Source: Salinispira sp.
GTDB taxonomy: Bacteria > Spirochaetota > Spirochaetia > DSM-27196 > Salinispiraceae
Assembly (NCBI GenBank): GCA_965226555.1
Contig: CBDDDG010000021.1
Coordinates: 288,001 to 352,000, forward strand
DNA: 64,000 nt
Direction: 5' to 3'
Position numbers and translations under genes: made by a program. This document shows positions 29,870 to 43,159 of the stretch, piece after piece; position 1 is the first letter of the stretch; each line of letters opens with the position of its first letter. The notes below the pieces were generated by a model. It searched no databases. It was not told the DNA's origin and saw nothing but the letters and a program-made list of their open reading frames with translations.

Positions 29870-30256
29870 ATGGTACCAGAAATACACGGAATAGAAAAAA
29901 ATGCCGGAGCAGTTCAATTCCGCTCCAGAAACAATTCCCATACATCACCCACCCCGAGCTCATTAAGTAATAAGACAATGAAAATTCGTCAGATTACGGC
30001 GGAAAAAGCTGCTGAAGCCCGCCGTGCGGCGCAGCGAAGGATCAAACAGGAATTAGAACGGGCATCGCGTGAAATACGGCTCCCTGTTAATCATAAACTA
30101 CAATACTCCATCGATTTCAATAGTAAGGATATTATGGTTAAAGTAATTGATGCTACGACGAATAAGGTAATAAAAGAGCTCCCCCCCGAACAGGCCCGTC
30201 GACTTCGTTCGCGCATTCGGGAATTTGCCGGTCTCCTCATTGATAGAACCATCTGA
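29870..30256 (+). CDS. flaG: FlaG family protein
   Basis: KLQYSID...VKVID..T.KVIKELPPE...GLLID; lies downstream of the flagellins. Confidence 0.85.
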   Translation: MVPEIHGIEKNAGAVQFRSRNNSHTSPTPSSLSNKTMKIRQITAEKAAEARRAAQRRIKQELERASREIRLPVNHKLQYSIDFNSKDIMVKVIDATTNKVIKELPPEQARRLRSRIREFAGLLIDRTI

Positions 30257-30405
30257 AATGAGAAACTTTTGCATTTCGCAAAACTCCCTGCAAAATGCGG
30301 GAATGCTCAGTGCATAAAAGCATTCAAAATGAGAAACCTTTGCTGTAGCCTATTGCCATAAATATATTTTTTATGATAGGCTCAGCTTCTGCTAAAAATA
30401 ATTCC

Positions 30406-30479
<74 letters not shown>

Positions 30480-30585
30480 GTAATTTTGAAAAAACAGGAT
30501 TCAGGAGACAGATAGCACGATCCGCTGGGCGATTCGTAGCTGACAGAGGTTCGATTACTCTGCGCGCTATAAAAAGGAGGCTTTT

Positions 30586-31332
30586 GTGAAAAAGTTTATT
30601 GTTACAAGTTTACTATCGGTGTTGATAGTATTTGTGTTGGTTGCGGGATGTACCCCCCCCCCCGTTCAGGGTATGCCAGGTGAGCCTGGCCCGCAGGGAG
30701 AGCAAGGCATTCCGGGAGATGATGGTCAGCCCGGAGCCGATGGTCAGAAGGGAGATGATGGTCAGCCCGGAGCCGATGGTCAGAAGGGAGATGATGGTCA
30801 GCCCGGAGCCGATGGTCAGAAGGGAGATGATGGTCAGGACGGAGATGATGGCGCTGATGCTGTCGATCCGAATGATGGTATTGACCCTGATCCTGCCGCG
30901 CATGATCTGGAGACGACTACATTTGCGGTTGATACATGGCGCGAAGGTATCCATTGGAAAGCTGGTGTGTATATCGTGTATGTTCAGTTAGATAGAATGC
31001 GCTCTGGTACCATTGCTTCGTCAATGTATATTCAAGGAAAGCAATACGTTGCTGGTGATGTTATTTGGCTTGATCCATTGGGCAAAATTGTCGATCCGCC
31101 AGCGGTAGTTGTGGATTATACTATAAGTGATCCGTTTACCTTGGATGCAGATACCGTCTTTGACGGTATCACGTATAAGGGTGGTACGGAACTTATTGTA
31201 TATTCTGGCACCGGCACTGTCTACTCAGGGACGCTTGCTGAAGAAACGGCTATTGACGGGACAACCTACCCCGCTGGCACAGTCGTAACGCTTACTCCCA
31301 CAGGCGATGTTATTTCAACCGTTGCGCCGTAA
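30586..31332 (+). CDS. Lipoprotein with a collagen-like (GXY) stalk and a C-terminal SGTLA..IDG.TY repeat domain
   Basis: Lipobox LVAGC; C11 tract at 30653-30663; three exact 36-bp repeats (GDDGQPGADGQK). Confidence 0.8.
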   Translation: MKKFIVTSLLSVLIVFVLVAGCTPPPVQGMPGEPGPQGEQGIPGDDGQPGADGQKGDDGQPGADGQKGDDGQPGADGQKGDDGQDGDDGADAVDPNDGIDPDPAAHDLETTTFAVDTWREGIHWKAGVYIVYVQLDRMRSGTIASSMYIQGKQYVAGDVIWLDPLGKIVDPPAVVVDYTISDPFTLDADTVFDGITYKGGTELIVYSGTGTVYSGTLAEETAIDGTTYPAGTVVTLTPTGDVISTVAP

Positions 31333-31346
31333 GCGGCAATCCAATC

Positions 31347-31372
31347 CGTGGGTGGGGTTATCCCTACCCACG
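31347..31372 (+). terminator. Hairpin after the lipoprotein gene
   Basis: CGTGGGTGGG...CCCTACCCACG stem with a weak U tract. Confidence 0.45.
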
Positions 31373-31923
31373 CCATATTTCGGGCTTACTGAATAAACGT
31401 TATTAATGCAAAAGTTTTAGTAAAGTTTTTTCAAAAAAAGCGAAAAAGGTATTTACTACCTGTTAGCAGATGTGCTATGGTGCAAGACTATTCATGAAAT
31501 AGGAGGAGTGGGAGATTTTTTATGATCTTCACGCTGTGAAATTTTTGCCGCTGGAAGTTGTGCAAGCACAATTTTCCAATGCACAAGTTTCGCTTTGTTT
31601 TCATGAGTAACGATATTTGAAATTCCTGTGAAAACAGGGCTCAGGCTTATCATATAATGAGTATCTGAGTGTACCAGAGAAGGGGAGAGGAAGCGGCGAG
31701 GTGTAAGCGAAAGCTGTACTTGCTGTGGAATTGAAGAATCCGGGAAGTTGGGAACAGCGCAGTTGGAAACAACAAAGTTGGGAGCAATTTTTCGGAATGG
31801 GTAGAAAAAAGTAACGAGATCCTCTTGCGGCGACGAGTGCCGGAAGAGGAAACAACGCGAATTGGAAAAGAGAACATATGACCGCGTTCGTGAGATGCGA
31901 AAGCAATCACCGACGATGAATAT

Positions 31924-34949
<3,026 letters not shown>

Positions 34950-35092
34950 TATTTTTCGTTGTTGATTGTTTCCAGAAGAAATATCTTGAGTATTGTTCTG
35001 CCCATCCAGTGCGCAGCATACCTTGTCTGCTTTCTCTCTCCTTTTATATTAGTGTAAAACCGCCGCTGGCGGGTATGTATAGTGAATTGTGT

Positions 35093-35208
<116 letters not shown>

Positions 35209-35368
35209 TTTTTGTTTTTACATTCATAGAAAGTTTTTTTCTTGATTGTGCTGTCCCAATGTGATATAACTATAGTACGGCTTTTCGAACTGATATACTG
35301 TACCGATAGGTGCAGGAACAGTCGGAAATGCCGATGAAAAATATTGAAGCATAAAGAGGTATAAAATT

Positions 35369-37413
35369 ATGCGAACTACGTTATTGAAAAGTGGGGGGGG
35401 GTAACCCTCTTCCTATTTTGCGCAATGTTCATTGCGCTGCTTGCCGGATGTCCAATGCCGGAACCAAGCCCTGAACCCGATCCAATGGCGGAACTAACTG
35501 CCCCGGGCACCATGGCTGCTCCAACCCTTGAAGTGGGAAATGGTCAACTAAGGGTTAACTGGACTCCGCCGGAAAATAACGGCAGCGACATTACCGCGTA
35601 TGAACTTCGCCATAGCGATGACGGCGGGAGCAACTGGTCGGATGACATTACTACAGCCGACGCGCCAGCCGTAAGCACCGCCATTGAGGGGCTGACAAAC
35701 GGCACCCCCTACGTCGCGCAGGTGCGCGCACGGAACAGCGCGGGCGCAGGCGAATGGTCGGAATCGAGCGCAGAAGCAACACCTATTGCCGCCGTTCCCA
35801 CGGCGCCGAATGGGTTCATGCTTTCAGTGAGTATGCAAACAATTACCGCAACATGGACTGCGCCGACCGATGCTGGCGACAGCGCCATTACTCACTATGA
35901 ACTACAACATCGCGAAGTTGGAGCAGACGAGTGGGAACCTGTCATTGCCACCGCCGATGCCGACACCCTGACCCTGACCATCCCCATCCTGACAAAAGGT
36001 GCCGAGTACGAGGTGCAGGTCTACGCTGTCAATACAGATGGAAATGGTAACCCAACGGAAATTATGAAAATAACAATTCCGGCTACCACACCCAGCGCGC
36101 CGATAGCTCCTACGCTCACAGCTGGAAATACCCAGATCACCGCAACATGGGGCGCGCCGAATGACGGCGGCAGCGAAATTACCGCGTACCATGTGCAGCA
36201 CAGAATAAGCGCCTCCGGCACGTGGTCAACGGCTGATACAGATAACATCGCCACTATTACTGATGGGGGTACCACGAGTCACATCATTACCGGGCTGACA
36301 AACGATACCTCCTACCAAGTACGGGTGCGCGCTGTCAACGCTATCGGCACTGGCGGCTGGTCATTATCCGCAACGGAAACGTCGCAATTTTCTGCGACAC
36401 AGGTTCCTTATGGTACGGCAGCGACGGTAAGCCTTACGCCTGCCGTTAATGCCATTATTGCCGCTCAGAGTCCAACCGTTTCATTGACCGTGGTGGAACC
36501 GGGCACTCTCGCGGTTAGTGGATCAGGAGACATTACGATCACCGCCGCAACTGCGCCCGTAGGGGTTACCGTTCCGACAGTTAATGCGAGTACCGGAGTT
36601 GTTTCGGTTGCTACGGGTACAACGGCAGGAACATATCTGGTATACGGCACTGAATCTGGAGGTACAGACATACTGTTTGCCGAATATTTTTACGTTACCG
36701 TGAGTCCTGCTGATAACGCTGCACTGGACGCAGCGGTAGCTGCGGGAATATCAAACTGGGGCAATACTGCCGATCTCAACTACATTATTACCACGGCAGT
36801 AACGAATATGGCCGAGGTGTTTTTTAGTAGCGTATTCAATGGCGATATCTCGGGCTGGGATACCAGCGCGGTAACGAGTATGTATAGGATGTTCAATGAG
36901 GCACTCTTATTCAATGGCGATATTTCCGGCTGGGATGTCAGTTCGGTAACGAATATGAGATTTATGTTCCGTTATGCAAGCGTATTCACTGGCGATATCT
37001 CGGGCTGGGATGTCAGTTCGGTAACAAATATGAGCACTATGTTCAATCAGGCAAGCGCATTCAATGGCGACATTTCCGGCTGGGATGTCAGCAAGGTAAT
37101 GAATATGTCCTTAATGTTCAATAACACAAGCGCATTCAATCAGAATATCTCGCGCTGGGATGTTAGTTCGGTAACGAATATGAGCTCTATGTTCCATGCT
37201 GCAAGCGCATTCAATCAAGATCTTGAGGAGTGGAAGGATCATTGGTCGACTGCTGCCGGGACGCTCGATGACAGTGGCAAATACACCGGAAACAAAACAA
37301 ATACGTTTACGGATTCCGGTGTGGAGAATGGGATTATTGATAATAAAGGCACTACAGATACTAGTGATGATGTGGTGGTGGAGGCTGCTGTGGGTACTCC
37401 ATCATGGTATTAG
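35369..37413 (+). CDS. Surface lipoprotein with 3x Fn3 and DUF285-type 25-aa repeats; frameshifted in a G9 tract (main ORF 35425-37413)
   Basis: ATG 35369 with SD GAGGT stops after G9; adding one G joins it to LLAGC. Repeats FNGDISGWDVSSVTNM..MF. Confidence 0.8.
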
Positions 37414-37469
37414 GAGCAGTTTCATAGCCCGCAGCGACTATTGAAACGCGGCAATTCAACTCAGGCAGG

Positions 37470-37755
37470 CGCGGATTTTTCCCCGGATGCTTGGGCGAGC
37501 AGGCGCGGAGCGCCGACCAGCCCCGTGCCTGCCTTTTTTCGATAAAACGGCTGATCGGCGTACGCTTGGGCTGGTCAGAGGCGTGCGCCTCCGGTTCGCT
37601 TATGCGTCTGGATCAGGCTAATATCTCATTTGGAATGCTGTCTTTGTGCTTAGCATACTCTCATTTTGTAGAAAGTTTTGCATTGATAAAATTTTGCATT
37701 GGAAAATTGTGCAAGCACAATTTCCAGTAGCAAAATTTTCAGTAGCAAAACTCTG
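37470..37755. repeat. Large composite of the repeat family (two inverted GC-rich modules, linker, hairpins)
   Basis: GGGCGAGCAGGCGCGGAGCGCCGACCAGCCC and its inverted relative, GGAATGC..GTGCTTAGCAT, and GAAAGTTTTGCA...GCACAATTTCCAGTAGCAAAA. Confidence 0.8.
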
Positions 37756-38195
37756 TAATAAAACTTTTTGAAAAACTTTCTCATATTCACCGTTCATATT
37801 TTACCCGTCTATATGGTATGAGCAAAAAATATATCGGTATGGTACACGCTGGAAATATGCTTTTGAAAATCCCCTGATATTCAGGGACTTCATATATTCA
37901 TACTTCAACAAAGACCTCGCGCTGAGCATTGTTCCCGGGAGCGTGCGTCAATACACCCTATAATACAGGGCGAATTCAACCATACGCTCACCCCATTCCT
38001 GCCCACTCATCCCTCCTTCCCCCATCCCTGAAAAAAAATTCACAAATTTTGCAAAATTCTTTCCGAAAACATAGTCAAAAATGACAGTTTACCCGTCACA
38101 GATATAGAGGAGAGAATTCACCATGGGACCATGTCGCCATGGGAGCTCCCCTATTCAGAAAGAAACGTTCAGAAAAAAACCTTCAGGAGGATTGT

Positions 38196-39284
38196 ATGAT
38201 CGATTTCAAAGAAAAACCCGCCCCCGTTCCCTACGACCAGGGATACCGCTCCCTGCTGTTCCAACCCGCAATAATGCTCCAATTTCTGCAACGCTTTGTC
38301 GGAGGCGCATGGACGAAAAAACTGCGAACCGAGGATATAACCATCGAAAACGGCACATTTTTCATCGACCATGCGAAAACACAAATGGCCGACATTGTCT
38401 GCAAAATCAGAACTCGGGATCACACGGGAGATGTTGCTATCTATGTGCTCCTTGAGCATCAGTCTGGAGTGGACAAAGACATGCCCCTCCGCATGTCGGA
38501 GTACACAAATCTTCTCTATAGAAACATTCACCGCTCCGGCGCAATTCCCGATGACTGCGAGTTGGTATTTCTGCCCATTGTGTTCTATAATGGTACGAGA
38601 AAATGGAAGGTGCCGGGGAATGTCAGAAAGCAACGGAAGCGGGAATTCCCGCAGTATCTTGCCCCTTTTCCTTATGATCTTATTAGCGAGAACGATTATT
38701 CTGCGGAACAGCTACAGCAGCGGGGAAGAATGTTTGCGGCTGTTATGTACCTTGATCTGTACTCGAAAAATCTGCTGAATACGGATTGGGACATTCGGAA
38801 GGTAGAGAAAGCGATAGCAGGAATGCTGAATGAAGAATCGCTGGAGCTGATAGAGGAATTTGTCGGCGTGGTAGATTCGATGTTCGGAATTGTTATAGAC
38901 TTAGATACGTTAATGAACAGATTAGAAAGAACAAAAGAACCGAGAGGTAAGGAGGTAGCAAAAATGTTCAGAATGAATGCGGAAACATTCAGAGCGCGCA
39001 TTGCGGAAATGGGTCGGCAGGAAGGACTACAGACAGGTCGGCAGGAAGGACTTCAGACAGGACTACAGACAGGTCGGCAGGAAGGACTGCGGACAGGTCG
39101 TGAAGAAGGACTTCAGAAGGGGCTACAGACAGGTCGGCAGGAAGGACTGCGAACAGGTCGTGAAGAAGGCATTCGAGAAACGGCCCGCAGTATGTTTTTG
39201 GAAGGCTTGTCGACCGAGGCTGTTCAGAGGATTACCGGGCTGAGCGATGAGGAAATGCGGACAGTGCGGAACGGATCGCATTAA
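38196..39284 (+). CDS. Rpn/YhgA-like PD-(D/E)XK nuclease
   Basis: SD AGGAGG; PYDQGYR, ADIV, LLEHQSGVD, PIVFYNG and GRQEGL repeats. Confidence 0.88.
   Translation: MIDFKEKPAPVPYDQGYRSLLFQPAIMLQFLQRFVGGAWTKKLRTEDITIENGTFFIDHAKTQMADIVCKIRTRDHTGDVAIYVLLEHQSGVDKDMPLRMSEYTNLLYRNIHRSGAIPDDCELVFLPIVFYNGTRKWKVPGNVRKQRKREFPQYLAPFPYDLISENDYSAEQLQQRGRMFAAVMYLDLYSKNLLNTDWDIRKVEKAIAGMLNEESLELIEEFVGVVDSMFGIVIDLDTLMNRLERTKEPRGKEVAKMFRMNAETFRARIAEMGRQEGLQTGRQEGLQTGLQTGRQEGLRTGREEGLQKGLQTGRQEGLRTGREEGIRETARSMFLEGLSTEAVQRITGLSDEEMRTVRNGSH
38964..39284 (+). CDS. Internal RpnS-like small protein (106 aa)
   Basis: TAAGGAGGT, 7 nt before in-frame ATG 38964. Confidence 0.7.
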   Translation: MFRMNAETFRARIAEMGRQEGLQTGRQEGLQTGLQTGRQEGLRTGREEGLQKGLQTGRQEGLRTGREEGIRETARSMFLEGLSTEAVQRITGLSDEEMRTVRNGSH

Positions 39285-39400
39285 TTGGCGCCGCTCGGCC
39301 TGGTCGGCGCTGCGCGCCTGCTCGCCCATGCATCCGGGGCGGTTAGAGAGTTCGAGGTGTCGCGCAACACGGTGCGGCGGTGGGTTCGGAGGATTGTTAT

Positions 39401-39829
39401 ATGAAGAAAACACAGTTACTTAATGCTTCTGTTTCCCGCATTGTTGCAGAAATGGGACATACCGATGGTCTCTGCATTGCAGATGCCGGGTTGCCGATTC
39501 CGGTGAGTACAGATTTTCCGGCTCGGATTGATCTTGCCGTCAGCCCGGGGGTACCGTCATTTCTGGAGGTACTGAGGGCAGTACTCTCTGAAATAGTGGT
39601 GGAGAGGGTGCTTATGGCCGAGGAGATTAAGACGATGAATCCGTCTATGTGGGAAGCAGTTTATAAGTTGCTGAAGCCGGAACTGAGCGCGGAAGCAGCC
39701 GGGGGCTGTATTGAATACCTGAGCCATGAGAAATTTAAGAAGCGTACACATGAAACCCGGGCGGTGCTGAGAACCGGTGAGTGCAGCCCATATTCCAACA
39801 TTATTCTCTATTCCGGAGTTGCATTCTGA
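39401..39829 (+). CDS. rbsD: D-ribose pyranase
   Basis: MGHTD.L.IADAGLPIP, RIDLA and RTGECSPYSNIIL. Confidence 0.93.
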   Translation: MKKTQLLNASVSRIVAEMGHTDGLCIADAGLPIPVSTDFPARIDLAVSPGVPSFLEVLRAVLSEIVVERVLMAEEIKTMNPSMWEAVYKLLKPELSAEAAGGCIEYLSHEKFKKRTHETRAVLRTGECSPYSNIILYSGVAF

Positions 39830-40794
39830 TGGTACAGGGTCAGACGCGGACATGGTCCCATGTTGGGCAGTATGTACAGCGTTCAGGATTGTTGCTGGCA
39901 TTCCTTGTGCTTTGTGTTATCCTCGCGCGTCTCTCCGATCGTTTTCTCACACTACCCAACATTCTGAATGTTCTCAGACAGTCATCTATTAATGGGATTA
40001 TTGCGGTTGGTATGACGCTGGTCATTCTCACCCGGGGCATTGATCTGTCGGTAGGAGCGGTGCTTGCGCTCACTGCGGTGATAACAGCGGAGCTTCTGGT
40101 TCTTGGTTTGCCGCCGGTATCTGCCTCAATTATTGGGATGCTGGCAGGCGGGCTGCTCGGTCTGTTCAATGGGGTTATTGTGACGGTATTTCATCTTCCT
40201 GCCTTTATTGCGACCCTGGGAACTATGACCTTTGCGCGGGGGCTTGCCCTGAATTTCACACAGGGGAAACCCGTTACCGGGCTTCCGGAAGCATTCCGAT
40301 GGCTGGGTACTGGTTTTATTGCGATGGTGCCGGTGCCGGTTATTGCGGCAGGGATGGTGTTTCTCATTGCTGCTGTTGTACTCAAGGGTACTGTGCATGG
40401 GGAGCGTATTTATGCCCTGGGGAACAATCCTGAAGCGGCGCGCTTTACCGGCATTCCAGTGAAGGCCTACATAACAATGATGTATGTCATAACCGGTATT
40501 CTGACGGCGCTTGCCGGACAGATTCTTGTTGGTCGTTTGGACTCGGCGCAGCCGGTTATGGGTATGGGATATGAGTTCAATGCGATTGCGGCGGTTGTTG
40601 TGGGGGGAACAAGTCTTGCAGGCGGGAGCGGCGGTATTGCGGGCACCATTATCGGTGTACTCATTATTGCTGTCATCAACAATGGTCTGAATCTGCTCAA
40701 TGTTCCATCATTCTGGGAACAGGTGGTAAGAGGGGTAGTTATTGCATCTGCCCTGCTTGTGCATAGAGCATCTGCCAGAAAAAAATTAGTATGA
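39829..40794 (+). CDS. rbsC: Ribose-type ABC transporter permease
   Basis: GMTLVILTRGIDLSVG and YEFNAIAAVVVGGTSLAGG; TGATG overlap with rbsD. Confidence 0.85.
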   Translation: MVQGQTRTWSHVGQYVQRSGLLLAFLVLCVILARLSDRFLTLPNILNVLRQSSINGIIAVGMTLVILTRGIDLSVGAVLALTAVITAELLVLGLPPVSASIIGMLAGGLLGLFNGVIVTVFHLPAFIATLGTMTFARGLALNFTQGKPVTGLPEAFRWLGTGFIAMVPVPVIAAGMVFLIAAVVLKGTVHGERIYALGNNPEAARFTGIPVKAYITMMYVITGILTALAGQILVGRLDSAQPVMGMGYEFNAIAAVVVGGTSLAGGSGGIAGTIIGVLIIAVINNGLNLLNVPSFWEQVVRGVVIASALLVHRASARKKLV

Positions 40795-41003
40795 AAAAAT
40801 CATCCCAGAGCAAGGGACATATCCAGACAGAGCCTTCAAGATCGCCTACTACAGAACCCCATAGATGATTCCCGACCTGCTGCGGCTGTTCAGTAGGGGA
40901 AAACAGTATTAAGAGAAATTTTTGCATTGATAAAGTTTTGCCTCATGAAAAACTTGACTAATGCAAAACTTTCTACGATAATAAAAATTAATGGAGGAAA
41001 TTC

Positions 41004-42401
41004 ATGAAGAATTTGAACATTAAACACCGGAAGCATTCCGCGCAGAAAGGTTTCGGATTGTACGCTCTCACGGCATTTTTTATTGCGGGAATACTTCTCA
41101 CTGCCTGTGATATGTGGGGGTTTTATGACGATGGTATTCACTATATCACCGGCACGGAATACGACCTCTACGGTTACAACAAAGACGGCTACAATGCTGA
41201 CGGTTACGATATTGATGGCTATAACGCAGATGGTTACGATGCGGAGGGCTACAACAAAAACGGTTACAATGCAGACGGCTACAATAGAAATGGTTATAAA
41301 GCAGACGGCTACAATGCTGCGGGTTTCAATGCTGACGGCAAACATCGTAACGGCACGAAATACAACGATGATGGCTATGACGAACAGGGTTATAACGCAG
41401 AAGGCTTTAACGCTGCGGGCAAACATCGCGACACCGGCGAGGAATACGACCTCTACGGTTATGGCAAAGACGGCTACAATGCAGCCGGTTTTGATGCCAA
41501 TGGCATTCACCGCGACACTGGCACACAGTACAACCTGTCCGGCTACGACGAAAATGGCTATGATCCATTTGGCTTTAACAGTGAAGGCATTCACCGCGAC
41601 ACTGGCACACAACATGACCTGCGCGGGTTTAAGAAAAACGGGTATAATGCCGCAGGTTTCTACCGAGACGATTTTCTCACACTTGCTGCTGCAGGGAATA
41701 CTGCACCATCCGGTATCTGGTCGGATGGAATAACGATGTGGGTGGCTGATAATACCAATGACAAAATCTACGCCTACAACATGGGTAGCAAGGAACGCGA
41801 TGCAGACAAAGATTTCAACACACTTACAGCTGCCGGGAATACCAACCCCAACGACATCTGGTCCGATGGAACAACAATGTGGGTAATAGATGCAAGCAAG
41901 GATAAAATCTATGCCTATAATATGGTGAGCAAGGAAAACGTACCGACAAAAACTATCTCCGTTGTTGCTGGTAGCGCGGGAATCTGGTCAGATGGAGAAA
42001 CAATGTGGGTAGTACGGGAGTTGGCTGATTCTCCTATTTATGCCTATAATATAAATACTGGGAATCGTACCGATACAAAAGATATTGAAATAATGTTTAC
42101 TGTCCGACGCCTCTGGTCAGATGGGGAAACAATGTGGGTGCTGCAAGCACTTGGCGCCAATAAAGGAATTGCAGCCTACCCGTTGGGCGGTGTCGGTGAC
42201 GGCGAAGTACGGTCTTCATCAAGAGATATCAACATCGCCATGCCTGCTGATATTAGGGGTGCGGGTACTACTGATGGTATTACTGACGCCTCCGGTATGT
42301 GGTCGGATGGGACAACAATGTGGGTGCTGGATAATGCCAGTGACAAAATTTACGCCTACGACTTAGCGACCGGAGCCCGCCCGCCCAAGGCAGCAGAATA
42401 A
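41004..42401 (+). CDS. Lipoprotein with GY(N/D)xx pentapeptide repeats and a GIWSDGxTMWV beta-propeller
   Basis: Lipobox LLTAC; many 15-bp repeats; five WSDG.TMWV blades. Confidence 0.8.
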   Translation: MKNLNIKHRKHSAQKGFGLYALTAFFIAGILLTACDMWGFYDDGIHYITGTEYDLYGYNKDGYNADGYDIDGYNADGYDAEGYNKNGYNADGYNRNGYKADGYNAAGFNADGKHRNGTKYNDDGYDEQGYNAEGFNAAGKHRDTGEEYDLYGYGKDGYNAAGFDANGIHRDTGTQYNLSGYDENGYDPFGFNSEGIHRDTGTQHDLRGFKKNGYNAAGFYRDDFLTLAAAGNTAPSGIWSDGITMWVADNTNDKIYAYNMGSKERDADKDFNTLTAAGNTNPNDIWSDGTTMWVIDASKDKIYAYNMVSKENVPTKTISVVAGSAGIWSDGETMWVVRELADSPIYAYNINTGNRTDTKDIEIMFTVRRLWSDGETMWVLQALGANKGIAAYPLGGVGDGEVRSSSRDINIAMPADIRGAGTTDGITDASGMWSDGTTMWVLDNASDKIYAYDLATGARPPKAAE

Positions 42402-42450
42402 GCGCGCCCGAGTCCGCCCCGAATGCTCGGGCGGACGGAAGCACGTACTA

Positions 42451-42560
42451 ATTGTTGATGCCGAGATCATCGAAGCCCCCAGCGTCGGGTAAATCTCCCC
42501 GCTGAACATACCGGCAATACGACAGAGCATGATGATGACCCATCAGCGCAGGAGATTCAC
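42451..42560 (+). pseudogene. Internal fragment of the same IS5 transposase family as 22013-23203
   Basis: Matches IIDAEIIEAPQRRV...TTEHDDPS.QEIH, with a frameshift. Confidence 0.75.
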
Positions 42561-42658
42561 GGCACAGACCACAGCATTACCGGTCTGACAAACGGCTATA
42601 TGCCAGCCCCGGTCGCCATTCTGATTAACGCAAATTCGGAGAGATTTTACCTGCATGG

Positions 42659-43105
42659 TTGAGAATGTCCCTGTCACATGTGAAACCCCCGCCTGCCCCA
42701 TCCCGAAAAAAAATAAATTTTTTTCAGAAAACATATTCAGAATCCCATAAATTTCTGTTTGCCGATGCGGAGTCCATACATCAACTGCTGCAATTTATTA
42801 ATGATGACTGGATACGGTATGTTTGCCCTGAGAACATTACCCTTATGAGCAACGAGTTCATCGAGAGAGTGCTCGGCAGAGAGCAGTCGAAGAATTTCAG
42901 GCGTAAAATATCGGACATTGTTGCGAAAGTTTCCTTCTGCTGCGGGAAAGAGAAGGAAGAGAAAATGGTGTATATTATTCTGGAGCATCAGTCATCTGTG
43001 GACTATGCCATGAGTGATCGCCAAATTTTCGAATATCCTGTTATCGATGTGAGAGCGCTTGAGGAGGATAAAATACTCAATTCCAGCGGTCGCGTGGCTG
43101 CCTAA
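42659..43105 (+). pseudogene. Truncated Rpn-family gene
   Basis: HKFLF, SDIVAKV and ILEHQSSVD are present, then similarity is lost; no repeat tail. Confidence 0.7.
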
Positions 43106-43159
43106 ATGTGCATACTTCTGCTTGACCGATATGTTCTGAGCAGGTACCTTCATTGTACT

